This document shows positions 1 through 12,700 of a DNA stretch of 64,000 bases, piece by piece (position 1 is the stretch's first letter; every line of letters starts with the position of its first letter). A program made the translations under genes and the position numbers. The notes under the pieces were generated by a model, which did not search any database, was not told the origin of the DNA, and worked only from the letters and a program-made list of their open reading frames with translations. Origin of the DNA: Camelus dromedarius (taxonomy: Eukaryota); NCBI RefSeq assembly GCF_036321535.1, contig NC_087437.1, forward strand, positions 94,552,001-94,616,000. The letters run 5' to 3'.

Positions 1-719
1 TACATTTTTTTTTAGTACTTCTTCTATTTTAGCACTTCTTTTAGTACAAAAGATCTGTGGACACAGTGGAAACAAGCAACCATGCATCTCAGATCTCTCT
101 GGATAGTCCTCATTTTGTGCTTAGTGTCCCTGCATAATACAATATATATTGCATTATATATAACGTTATATATATCATGTTACGTTTATATCTTCACTAT
201 AAGTTAACCAAAAAAGTCAAATTCCATAGCATATTTGGATGTGTTCCTCTTTACCTGGTCTTTATATAGTAGAATTTGCTGTAAAGTAAGTGTTTAATTA
301 TTATATCTTGGATTTTTTGATTGATTAAAAGAGATATTTTGGAAATTATTTATTGGAGATTTAAGGTAATTTTAATGAGGTAACTAAGATTATTTGGGTG
401 GGTTTGCAGAAATAAAACATTAGAAATAAAAACTGAAAGCTAAATTTGATTGAATCTGTTGATAATCTATCATTTTCCTTTAAACTATCAATAATTTAAC
501 GTTTATAATTTAATTAAATGACAGCTTTTTGGAATTTTTCCATGAAAATATTTGCATGAATAATTTATCTTCATTGTTGCAATGTTTAGCCATTGGCAAT
601 TGAGGATACATTTTATAAACAAGCTTTAACAAATTAATAATAAATAGCATTAAAATCTGCAATATATCTAGTTTACTGTGTCTTTAATTTCTGATTAACA
701 AATAATACATTTATCATCC

Positions 720-890
720 ATGGGCACTGTTCACTGAGCACTCACTATTTGCTCTTCTTTGTACTGATTTCATTTAATTTTTGAAAGGTCTCTGTGAAAG
801 AGAATTAATTCCATTTTAACAATTGGCAGAGCCAGGATTTAAACCCACCTTGGGTCGTCTGACTCCTGAATCCGCGATACTATTGCCCAC
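720..890 (-). mobile_element. MIR SINE remnant
   Basis: Degenerate antisense MIR core: 'ccattttaac...ggcagagccaggatttaaaccc...gtctgactcc'. Confidence 0.6.
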
Positions 891-1611
891 CCCATGCCAG
901 CCCACACTGCCATCTCCCTAGATGTAACGCAGGATCTTCCCTATCCTGTTTGATGTACGTAATTGTGGATTGGATAGGACATGGTCTACACAGTATATTA
1001 GAAAAGTTGAAAGGTGAATGACTCCCTGGACTAAATCCGTCTCTTTTCTGCCAGGAAAAAAAAAGTCACGTTTCAAGTTTTTAACTGAATTCTCTTGATT
1101 TGTATTTTTCTGGCTTAGAAACTTACTTTTGTATGACTAACTTTTACTCTTTTGTTTTATTACTTCTTCTTTAGCTTGACAATGGGTATTATAATTGAGA
1201 CTATAAAATATGCATGTCATAAAATACTTTATGATTAATTTAGGGTTGCATTTTATCATATCACAATGCTATTCTTTCCCTTTTGATACCATGTCATAAC
1301 TTACCTTCAATAAAAAAGATAGCATAGTTTCAGCTAAAATTTTATAAGTAGATAATAAATTTTCATTACATACAATTTTCATTACCTAATCATATATTTT
1401 CTTAGTCTTCTTTTAAATCCAACCATAGCAATGTTACTATATACAACAAGCAGCAGTAACTTAAAATTTCTAGAATTATATGTCGTGCATTTAGTTCAAT
1501 ATTTAAAATTATAGGTATTTCGTCTAATCAGAAAAGGGTTGTATTATGAGTGTATTATAAATACATATACTGACACATAAAATGATTTTTTATTGAATAT
1601 TCATAGTTAGT

Positions 1612-1830
1612 CTTTTTTTGTTGACGTATACTCAGTTACAATGTGTCAGTTTCTGGTGAGCAGCGTAATGTTTCAGTCATACATACACATACGTATATCC
1701 GTTTTTATACATTTTTCATTATAAGTTACACCCCCTTTCCCCTCGGTAACCATAAGATTGTTTACAATGTCTGTGAGTCTGTTTCTGTTTTGTAGCTGAG
1801 CTCATTAATGCCCTATTTATTCCTCTTTAG
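1612..1830 (-). mobile_element. L1 3' UTR fragment, intermediate-age camelid type, internally deleted
   Basis: Poly-T then 'ttacaatgtgtcagtttctggtg...ggtaaccataagattgtttacaatgtctgtgagtctgtttctg...gagctcatt'. Aligns in reverse to the copy at 3794-4190 but lacks about 110 nt of it. Confidence 0.85.
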
Positions 1831-1910
1831 TCTTTTTGAGGTATTGCATTATTTCTAAAAAAGATTTTTAATGTTCAATATATGCTATTTGGCTGTTTCT
1901 ATAAATCATT

Positions 1911-2370
1911 TTCTTTTTTTTAACATTTTTTATTGATTTATAATCATTTTACAATGTTGTGTCAAATTCCAGTGTTCAGCACAATTTTTCAGTTATTCAT
2001 GGACATATACACACTCATTGTCACATTTTTTTCTCTGTGAGTTATCATAACATTTTGTGTATATTTCCCTGTGCTATACAGTGTAGTCTATTCTACAATT
2101 TTGAAATCCCAGTCTATCCCTTCCCACCCTCCACCCCCCTGGTAACCACAAGTCTGTATTCTCTGTCTGTGAGTCTATTTCTGTCCTTTATTTACGCTTT
2201 GTTTTTGTTTGTTTGTTTTTGTTTTTGTTTTTTAGATTCCACATATGAGCGATCTCATATGGTATTTTTCTTTCTCTTTCTGGCTTACTTCACTTAGAAT
2301 GACATTCTCCAGGAGCATCCATGTTGCTGCAAATGGCATTATGTTGTCGGTTTTTATGGCTGAGTAGTAT
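1911..2370 (-). mobile_element. Young 5'-truncated L1 (ORF2 end plus 3' UTR), camelid type
   Basis: Poly-T tail and TTTATT (AATAAA on minus). ORF2 C-terminal antisense text 'cttacttcacttagaatgacattctccaggagcatccatgttgctgcaaatggc'. Near-identical to the copy at 52723. Confidence 0.95.
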
Positions 2371-3793
2371 GACTTTAAAATGGGTGGCATGTTTTATTTT
2401 ATAATTTTATTTACATGTTAAAATAGTTTTCTTCAATTCCATCTATTTTTTTTCTTCAATCTGTAAACTTATATTGAGCCATTTAATCTCTGGTAACAAA
2501 AGGCTCAGAAAATTTTATTAAATTTGGAAAGCATACAAAAATACTTTCTATAATTATCCAGAACATTCAACAAATTGTTTGTCTTCATATATCATAGTGT
2601 TGTTGCTGGAAATAAGTTAAATAGAATGCTCTTTCACTGAGTGCTAATAATTGAGCATGTATCACATAGGCATGTGTATTAATTATGATTTGAAATAGTC
2701 TACTGTGTAATGAACCAATTTAAGCTGAAATTTTTAGTAAGTCAAAACATGTGGGGAGCATTTACATCACTTTATTTTCTGAAACTAACTGCCATTCTTT
2801 CTATTTTCATTAATAAAGTAATAGTAATATATTTTCTAAATCAACTGTTACATTTATTTTCATATTTTAGAAAACAGTTTCCTTTTATAAATTTACTGTT
2901 TGAATCTGAATCACACTAAATAGTGTATAAAAATTTGACTTTGTTGGCTTTATTTTCTGCTTTGAGCTTAAAAAGGGGTCTATCTTTAAAAAAAAATTCT
3001 ATAAACATTTAACTTTCTACACATGCTATCAAAGACTGAAAACATGTTTAATGTTATATTTACAGAGTAATGGTTCCCAAATAACTTACCTATGATTTGA
3101 GCTCAAAAGTATATTTTATCATTTTATTCCAATATCTGGCTTTTAGTAACTTAGGTTGAAGAGTGCTAGACTTGCAGTGGTTTTACCAGGGAATTACTTT
3201 TGGTCTTTGGAAGGTCACTCGTTTACAAGTTATTGCTTCTCATAAATTGATCTAATCTTCTGAATAATGGCTGGACATGTTGATGATCAATATTTTATTG
3301 CTTCTACAACCTAAAACACACCATGAATTACAGTCAAAATCGTTATCACCCAGCACTGCAGACATAACAATAATGTACATGTGGCATTACTCCTCAGCTG
3401 TGGTATTGTTCATGCAGCGACTCTGCTTGAATGATTTTATTTCAGCACTATTATAATTTTCTTTAATTTATAGCTAGGAAAACTACTGATTGTTATCACT
3501 GAGTTCTATTCAAGGCCATAGAAGTAACTCATTATGGGTTTTGCACTGTAGTAATCAAACCTAAAATTTCCTTTGATTCAAATTATTCTAAAGATGAATC
3601 GTTTTATTATATTTTCAAAGGGTAGTGTGAATTAAAGATAATCACTAGTGTAATTTTAAATATAAGGCACAAACTAGTACTAATAATTTGTACTAAGGAA
3701 TATTATAAACTAATATAAAACAGGGTTGATTCTGACTATAGTTATTTTATTATTATCCTGTAGTCATAGTTTTTTAATCAAAAACAATGTGTG

Positions 3794-4190
3794 ATGAAGT
3801 AAGCCAGAAGAGAAAGAAAAATACCATATGGTATCTCTCATATGTGGAATGTGAAAAAACAAAAAAGAGGACACTAATGAGCTCATCTACAAAACCAGAA
3901 AGAGACCCGCAGACATAGTAAACACTCTTATGGTTATCGTGGGAAAGGAGGTGGGAAAGGATAAATAGGAGAGTTTGAGATTTGCAAATGTTAGCCACTA
4001 TATACAAAAATAGATTGAAAAAACAAATTTCTTTTGTATAGCACAGGGAACTATATTCAATATCTTGTAATAACCTTTAATGAAAAAGAATATGAAAACA
4101 AATATATATATGTACATGCATGACTGGGACACTGTGCTGTACACCAAAAATTGACGCATTGTAACTGACTATACTACAATTAAAAAAAAA
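3794..4190 (+). mobile_element. 5'-truncated L1 3' end with TSD
   Basis: 'atgaagtaagccagaagagaaagaaaaataccatatg...gtatagcacagggaactatattcaatatcttgta...' then poly-A. TSD aaaacaatgtgtg (3781-3793) / aaaaaaatgtgtg (4184-4196). Confidence 0.95.
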
Positions 4191-4677
4191 TGTGTGGTAC
4201 ATGTTATATGCGTTTTGTCTTTGTACAATCACAGTTTTACAATTGTTTATTTTCCTAACTGTTCATGATATTTTAGTTTAGTTTTGTGAGATTTCTTCCT
4301 TATTTTTCTTTAATTTTACATACAAATGCTCTGGTCTCTCTTAGTCATATTCTCTTGATCATGCTTCACTTGTCAGTCAGTTTCAGCATTTGCTTTTTTG
4401 ATGACAATCAATATTTGATGATGTGAATGCTCCTAGTAATCCACTGTTTGTTAGCATCATGATTCTGATCGAAAAATGGAACCTTTCTCTCTTGGGAGAA
4501 TAAGCACAGATGTAAAAATAGCTGCAATCAGAAAAGAGTTTTTGCTCATTATAATCCTAATCCTATTATCTGTAATTTTCAATCAGTTTCACTCCCACAG
4601 GCACACTCACCTACGCACACTCATACATTTCAGTAGTTCATTTTCCTAGAGTAGTAGGGAATTGCCCATCTATTTAG

Positions 4678-4848
4678 TTAATTTTTACTTATTTTTATTG
4701 AAGTACAGTGGGTTTACAATGTTGCGTTAATTTCTGGTGTAGAGCATAAAGATTCAGTTATGCATATATATTCCTTTTCACAAGAATAGGCTATTACAAG
4801 GCATTGAATATAGTTCCCTGTGCTATACATTAGGACCTTGTTGTTTGT
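4678..4848 (-). mobile_element. Short L1 3' end (older artiodactyl-type) with TSD
   Basis: 'tttttattgaagtacag...tttacaatgttgcgttaatttctggtgt...ttccctgtgctatac...ggaccttgttgttt'. TSD core catctattta at 4667-4676 and 4852-4861. Confidence 0.9.
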
Positions 4849-7800
4849 ACTCATCTATTTAACAGTAAATCTAATTATGCTGTTATGAGTTTAGGTGGAT
4901 GCTTGCCATCATTTTTGGCTGCTTCCTTAGCTTTCAGTTTACCTCAGAGATGCATGAGATACCAAAGCTTCAGGAAGTGTCTATCTGCATGAGATCATTC
5001 TGGTGAGTTAGTTTGGTCTTACTAATATTTACCAGTTCTTTCATTCATTGCACTGACATATTTCACTTTTAATTGTAGTGATTTATTAACGTGCTCAGCA
5101 TTGGACAAAATATTGCAAACGTTGGAGACATGTACATTTTAAATGACTTGAATTTGGATAGTAGCTTCGAATTCACTGGGTATATAGAAAACATAATAAT
5201 TTTTAAATAGAAGAAAAATATGAATGAAGACTATAGTATAAATTAAATTATTATCCTATAAGAATTTTAATGGTTTAATCACTTACTTTGTAAGCATAAA
5301 TATAAAAGGCTATTAGTAGTGCTTTAATGTTTGCTGGCTTAAGTGTCAAACCATTCTCAACTCATGTTAGTCCCTAGTTTTAATACAAATGCTTTTGACT
5401 CAGCATTAGTTTTATTAGTTTGAGAGAGTATACATTTAAAAAATTGTTAGCAAATAAATCAACATATTTAAAGAGTATTTGGGGCCTGGTTAAACAAATA
5501 GTCCAAATGAAATAAACTATCTGATTAAAACTTTCACCAAAAAAGTGCCCAATTGACCCAAAGTGCATTTTTTCTTTCAAAATAACTAAATGTGTGCATG
5601 TGTAGGACAGCACTGGAGGTTAAACCTGGTTAATAAGAAAGAGAAGAATCTGGAACACCAAACACAGAACTACCGAGGGCAAATTTAAAATATGATATTA
5701 CACTCTTCTGAGAGAGGTGATGGCCAAGGAGGTGGCTCACCCATCACCCCCTGGTGTGTTATATTGCCCAGAGAGTTGAGTGAAATATATTACATAAAAG
5801 TATAACAAAATTATAAGTAGATTCTAAATGCCTTTTCTGAGATTACATCTGGGTTTTCTTTTAAAACTCAAAGTACAAAACAAAATTAATGTAACATACT
5901 ATACTCATAACCATTTTCTTTAAAAAGTAATTCCCTATTTAGGATTGTATAGAGTTTACTTTTGCACTGTGACATGGGAAGTCATTTCAACTACGTAGGA
6001 TTTAGCCTCTTGGGCATGAGTTATCTACTTAACTAGATCAGAGCATACAGGCATGAACATACAAAACTTTGCATACAATTTCAGGAGGTTGAGAGATTGC
6101 CCTAAAGTTGATTCATGGGCCCCATATGTAGCCAGAGATGAGACAGAGAGAAGGTGAGAGCTAAGATTAGGGAAAATGTATTCAATCAGTCTCCTTTTTT
6201 TTCATGTAGAAAATAGAGGAGGGAAAAACTTTATGGATTAGTCAAGGCTGAAATTGAAGTTCAGGCATCAATAATCGCCAAATCCAACTTTTTCACTTTC
6301 TAATTGTTTGAAGACTTGAATAAGGAGAGAGATGATTTTGTAATGGTCCATTAAGACATTCAAATCCATTTTCCTTTGCCCCTACGTAAGTGTACTGTCT
6401 ATCTAGTTGGCATCTACTTTGCTGATTGACAAGCAATTTTCCCTAGAAAGTGGTTTATCTTTGCATTAATTTTTAGTACATAAATTACTTACAGATTTTA
6501 TTTTTTATGTTTAGTTTTAAACTTGATGGTTTCCTTTTTAAAATAGTAACACCAACATCAGTATTTATCTGCTTTCCAAAGCCCATCTATAAAGAGAAAT
6601 AGGATTGCTGATACAAAGAATCAGGCTTGTGTTCACTGCATCAAACCTTACATTTACCAAAAGCATTTTCATTAGCTGTGAAAGAAGCCATGGGCCACTT
6701 AATGTTTAAAATATATTTATGCAGACTGATATGGATAAAAATCACACTTTTCCAGGGAGAAATATTTGATTAATTTCTTAATTTAAAAATTCTGAAAGAA
6801 ACACATTGGAAGGAAGTACAACAAATTACTTGCCCTAGATTCTCAAGAAGTTATAATAATTCACGCACTTAATGAAAAGATTTAAAAATCAAGGCAGGAC
6901 CAAAATGGTCATTTCACTCTGTCAATATATTTTAAAGTGGCAAGAGTACCAGCTACATATTATTCAGTGACACTTGTGTTTGCAGAAAGTAGCATATGGG
7001 TTCAGCTAATTTTTTTCAATATTCAGATTTTTCAAATTAGTGATGAGAAAAAGAGAATAGAAGACTACATTATCTGGAATACTTAGAATACTGGACAAAG
7101 TTAATAGTTAATACCAGGAAGAAAATATGAATATTTATCATATGTGAATAGACAACAAAAATAGAGTGTTTTAGCTTCCACTAAATTGGAATGGATAAAA
7201 TGGAAAACGATTTTCATATAAGATACGTGTATCACTGTTGTATTTTCTTTAAACACTCCTAAATTACTGAGTTTATATCACCGTCTTTTAAAATGCTCCA
7301 TGCTAAAACAACTGCATCCAAAATATAACTTTAGTATCCTCTCCAGGGTTTTGTGCCACCAATGTCATTACTTATTATATCAAGATTAAAAAGACCCTTT
7401 TTCATGATAGTTTGTGTTACAGAGCTTGCAGATTATCGTCAATTGGTTTAAACCAAATAGTGTTGTTTTCTTACATTCAATTAAATCCAGATCTGACAAA
7501 TATATTTACTAGGTTAGTTTCATTGGTAAAACAAATAAAGCTGAACTTAAAAACTAATGGAAACTATAATTTCTTCTGCTTTCCTATTTATTTGCATGCA
7601 TATTTTTCTCCAAATGCATAGGTGTTGAGGTCTACTGTGAGATGCATGATGCTGTGTAATTAGACTTAAGTTGGAGTGGGCAACGTTATGATCTCAGCTG
7701 AATGAACTAACATGATTAAGCTGTTCCTGATTAACTTGCAAAAGGAAAATATTTTCCTTTGTTGTTCAATGTTACTCAGGTTTTTTTGTTGGTCAAGAGT

Positions 7801-8479
7801 AAATTCAGAGCCAAACAGAGCTCTATAGACTTCAGACACTTTTAATACTCAGGGAAAGACCCAAGGATTCATGTTTACTTAAATGGCTCAGGAAACAAGG
7901 GCTCGAGTCAAAGAGTTCCATGAGAGTTCTTTGTTGTGAGAACATTTTCTGTCTTGTCTTCTGTCTTCTCAATTTATTCAGTCTAACATTATGCAGGATT
8001 TGAAGGAAATCCTGCCACTTCAGCAAGAATTCCAAGTTGTCTCCATATCAGAGTTACCCTGTGATGTTTCCTACGAGCAATGGGAAATTTGTTGTAACTG
8101 GTGTGGTTTGATTATGAGTGTATCCTAACGTGCAGTGCTCTATGCTGGTTTGTAAGGGGATGTAAAGTTTCCACCAGCTTGCCCAGCCTTTCAGGACTTC
8201 TCTGCTGATATGACATCTGCTGAGCAGAGCAGAGAATCAGCTTTCACTCTCCTGAGTCCAGTCTGATCTTGAAGGGTCTTTCCTTTTCTGCCGTATTCAT
8301 TGCATGATATGGTCTTTAACAAAAAGTAGTTTCCAGATTTATTCTCTAAGACTTATCCCTAAAGAAAGAAGCAGCCTTGAGCAGATGTGGGTTTGTAACT
8401 TCTTCAATCTCAAAATGTTAATTTTAAGGTCATCATTTTCATGGCTATTATTAGCATTTATTTGCTCACCACATGTTCC

Positions 8480-8610
8480 GATAGGCATTTTACATACATT
8501 TTCGTATTTAATTTTCAAAATTCCTCTGTGTACTAGGTATTAGCCTCTCAATTTTGCACTTGAAGAAACTGAAGTCTAAGAGTATGTCATTTGTCAAGAT
8601 CATGAGATCT
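8480..8610 (-). mobile_element. MIR remnant
   Basis: 'ctctgtgtactaggtattagcctctcaattttgcacttgaagaaactgaagtctaagagtatgtcatttgtcaagatca' resembles the antisense MIR core. Confidence 0.55.
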
Positions 8611-10937
8611 TTCTCCATGAAAAAAAAGTGGAATAGGAAAACATAAGGAGTTCTCTCTGATAACCAATACTGTGCTTCATTCCACTGCATGTATGTGCAT
8701 CCCATGTTCCCCAATCTTGGTGGTGGAGAACAAGATACATATGTGATGCTCTTCTCTACTATTAACAGTGATTCCAAACCAGTATCTTCATAGGCTGGAC
8801 TCTAGGACCTGAAAATAGAATTTTTCAGTCCCTTCCAGCAGTTAATTTTTCTTTTTGTAGTTGACGCCAACTCCAGGCTTAAAGTTCAACAGTTTTCTGT
8901 GGGAATTAGTTTTGATTACCATTCACATAAAAATATTACGCATAAATAATTTCATATGCACCCAATGATTCTTTTTAGAGACTTGAATTCAAATGCATGT
9001 GCTTGCATTTTACTTGACAACTCCTTTTACATCATTACTAAAAATGTGTTGAAAAACTTGAAGGAAACCTTACTGGCTAAAGAATTCTATCCCATTGTCT
9101 CTGCATGCAATGAGAAATATTATCAAGGCATTGTTTTCTACACACGAACTAATATCACTTGATAAATTTCCTTAGTTGTGATACTAAAAAGTATGAAATA
9201 TTCAGATGGTTTATTAAATTTACCAATGTTATCAACTCTTTGGCAATATTTTTAAGTGAATTTGAATTCTTGCACAAAGCAGCATGTTTCTATCCAACCA
9301 AAGATGGGGGAAAAAAAAAACTTTCTTACCAAGGCATCTTAATACATGCTTTCTGAAAGCACATATTATAAATTTACAAATTATAACAGAAATAATTTTG
9401 ATACCATCTTCGCATTTTCACAATTAAGTTGACCAGCCCTAAATATATAAAAGATCACCTTGGTGGTAAATTTGTGTTTGACTTTGGCCTTCCGTCCTCC
9501 ATTACATATTTTCTTTTGACTGAAAAATTTCTGACCAAAAGAAATTTATGGTGGAAATGACCTCTCAACTTTATTTATGAAACCAGTAGCAGAACACAGC
9601 GGTAGATCACAGAATGACGTATGATTACTGTCTCCTAAAAGAGGTACAGTATCCTTCAGTGCACTGAACCATGCTCTCTGCTGAAATCCACATGCTCTGG
9701 GCTATACCAGGGGTGAACTACACTGAGCTGGTAAAGGGAAATTTGGCAGAACCTGTTCACCACAGAAGCCTCGGAGTTCTACTAGAAGTGTGCTATTTCA
9801 CACAAAAACTTGTGGGGAAAAAAAAATACAATTTTTTCAATTTTGCTTTATCCCTTCTGTTTGTTCAGCCTGAATTTTCTAGTTATATATAAGAACAATT
9901 TTCCATTTAAAGAAATGTGTCTACTGTGGAATTGAAGTCTTTGCAAACTTATCCATTTTTCATTTTTTTTCTCTCTCACATCTATCTATATAGAATGACA
10001 GTCCACTGTATAATTTTTACTTCAAAATTCAGTATTAATTTTCTAAGCTCTATATTGTGGAACAAATTTACATTAAATAAATCTTAATTTTTAAAATGTC
10101 ATATCAAGACAACTAGTTCCATTTGTTATGTGCTTTATAACAAAAATCTGAATGTTTGAGCAAAAAATAATAAATTTTACTAAATCACTAAGTTCTACTT
10201 TTTTGCAAAAAATTGAAATATAAGCTTAACTCATATATTTTACTTTGATATGAGATGTTTTTATGTAAAATTGTCCAAATTTGGCTCCCTGATACACTGT
10301 GTAATTTATGAAATCTAAGTAATTTCATAACATGAACAAAATGATTTTATTTTCACAATGGATCTTTTAAGATTTATAATCAAGCTCTAAACTGCCAACA
10401 AATAATTTCTTTCTTATTGGATATTTTAACAGATTTAACTGATTTCTACCATTTTTCTCCTCTATTCAAATTTGCATCCTATTTACAGAAAGTCTATGAC
10501 AAGCCTAGTTATTTTTTTTTTTGAATGAAGATAGTAAAAGTCCACTTGGCATAAGCACACTTATCACCAAAAATGAACTTTCAATGCCGAAAGGATAAAT
10601 TACTAGTAAAAAAAGGTATAAGCAATAAACCCTGAAGCAAAGCAGGGCAGTGGGCATAAACGGATGGATGGACTTGCTTTTTGAGGTATTTCTGATTACA
10701 TTACTCTGTTTATAGTTGTCATTCATCTCTTTTCTTCTGAAACCAAGATCTAATTATCTACATCATTTTTGTGAAACTTCACGGTGCCAATTTTATTTAA
10801 CTCATTTTATACTTTCAAGATCAGGTTTCTGTGCTACAAGTAGAAATGAGATATAACTGAATGAAATAAGCAATAGCGAGAAGAGGAGGACAGGGAACGT
10901 CCAGGCACGATGCTCTTGTCTGTAGGTGATCTCACTC

Positions 10938-10945
10938 TGACGTCA
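10938..10945. promoter_or_regulatory. Full palindromic CRE (TGACGTCA)
   Basis: Exact CREB/ATF consensus, retaining its CpG in a CpG-poor background. Function is unproven. Confidence 0.3.
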
Positions 10946-11805
10946 AGTACAGTGATTCACTTCAGCCATAGGTGTGTTCCCAGGGGCAAGTATCTGAAAC
11001 ACTAGATACCACATGCTGATGAAATTAATTGGATACTGGGAACACAATCTCAAACACTTTCGTAACTTTGTTATTTTTAAACTGAATTTCTTCAAACATG
11101 TTAGAATCTCTTTCACTTATCACCAATATGTGACAGATATTTGTATAAAAATAAACTATTTGGGGTACATGGGGAGGGGAAAACCCACTGGAGGTTTGTT
11201 TTTCATTTGGTCTGTTTTTTGCAATGGCTATCACCTTATGTTAGTATGAAAACGTCAATGTAAAGGTGGGGGTGTTTAATTACAATATTACATTGAAAAA
11301 CAGCAATGAGAAATAAATTTGGCAAGTTAAAGATAACCAATTCAGTAATCTGTTCAAAAAGCATGTTGTTGTTTTGATTGCATGACTGTTTTTGTTGCAT
11401 CTTAGTACTATTGAATTAAACTCAATATTCATGCAACATTATCCCTCAACTCAGGAAAGCATTCATCTAGTCTCAGATTTGTTCTTTTGGACACATGTCA
11501 ACCTGAATCCCACTTGAATATCAAGATAGAGAAAGTTATCGTACCCTTTGGCAGACACTTAAATGATATAAACAAAAAATTATAGTTAAGCCTCAAATTT
11601 GTGTTTTCTGCTGTGCTATTTCTTTTTCTATTTTTTTTATTTTACTCTTTTTGTGTGTATGCATACATGTGTGTATAGAATGTTTGCCATGTTAAAGACG
11701 GGAGTCATTTTAGGAAAAACAAAGTGGCAAAAGTAAGTTTTACTTGTGGTGAAGTGTCATTTTATGACAATAGTGCATGACATAGTCCACAGACTATATT
11801 CAGAT

Positions 11806-11830
11806 AGAACATTTTGACCTCTGACCTTTG
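11806..11830 (-). promoter_or_regulatory. Perfect nuclear-receptor DR1 (AGGTCAgAGGTCA) overlapping an AGAACA half-site
   Basis: Plus strand reads AGAACA-ttt-TGACCT-c-TGACCT-ttg. Confidence 0.4.
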
Positions 11831-12239
11831 TCACTGAACCTCCCGGCAAGAAGTAGCCATATGTCAAAGGATAAAGATTAATGGCTGAGTTTATCTATGG
11901 AGGCCACATGTATAAAGCTTTAAATTGGGAAGTTAAGAGTAAAGCCAGTTGTCACCTAGGGGTTATTAATTCTAATCATATAGAGATGACGTTTGTCCTC
12001 AGGAGATCCACAAATAACCCTGAGATGTTAGGAATCATCTTTGTGCTCTGTCTCTTCTACCTCCTTCTTCTCACCTCAGGCATTTTATGTGTAATAGACA
12101 AGTAGACTGTTCTAAACCCAGTGATGTGTACTATGCTGCCTCGCTGCAGTCTTCGTCTGGCTGTTGTTGAACATAACGGTTATCTGTCCGGATCTCTTTG
12201 TCCACAGTGTTGTTTGTTTACGTTAAGTCTTCCATCATT

Positions 12240-12700
12240 TCTTGCTTGGATTTCCCACAACCTGCCATCTGTCTTGTTCAGCTTCAGCTCATTCGCCAAA
12301 CAGCATCATGGGTAGTCTTCAAAAACTACAAATCCCACCAAATTACTTTCCTGGAAAAGTTTTCTGGCCTCTTGGAACCTCAGGGATAAAATGTACAATC
12401 CACAGCATGGCTTACAGTGCTCTGATCTGATCCGTGCTTAAATCTACATCCTCATCTTTCCTCCTGCCTTCAGTCCAAGCTCCAACAGCGTACACTGGGG
12501 AAAGCCCTCAATCCCAACTTTATGTTTCTTACCTCGTGGGCTTCACATAAGCTGATACTCAGCCTAGAAAACCTTGCCCATGTCCCCAGTGTCACAGGAC
12601 TCAGCTCAGATATCTCTTATTGTAGGAATTCTTACTCCAAGCCTTATCCCTTCTTTCAGGAGACCCACACCATTAAATATGAACGTTTAATACTCTTAAA
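12240..12700 (+). mobile_element. L2 LINE remnant
   Basis: L2-like text: 'aaaaactacaaatccc...cctcagggataaaatgtacaatccacagcatggcttacagtgctct...ctcagctcagatatctctt'. Confidence 0.6.

Noticed and set aside
1959..2297. 112-aa ORF
   Set aside because: Antisense read-through of an L1 3' UTR with a GTG start; low-complexity hydrophobic translation.
6030..6130. Possible hAT-Charlie relic (another at about 17750-17900)
   Set aside because: Similarity is short and recalled from memory; family and boundaries cannot be supported without a Dfam search.
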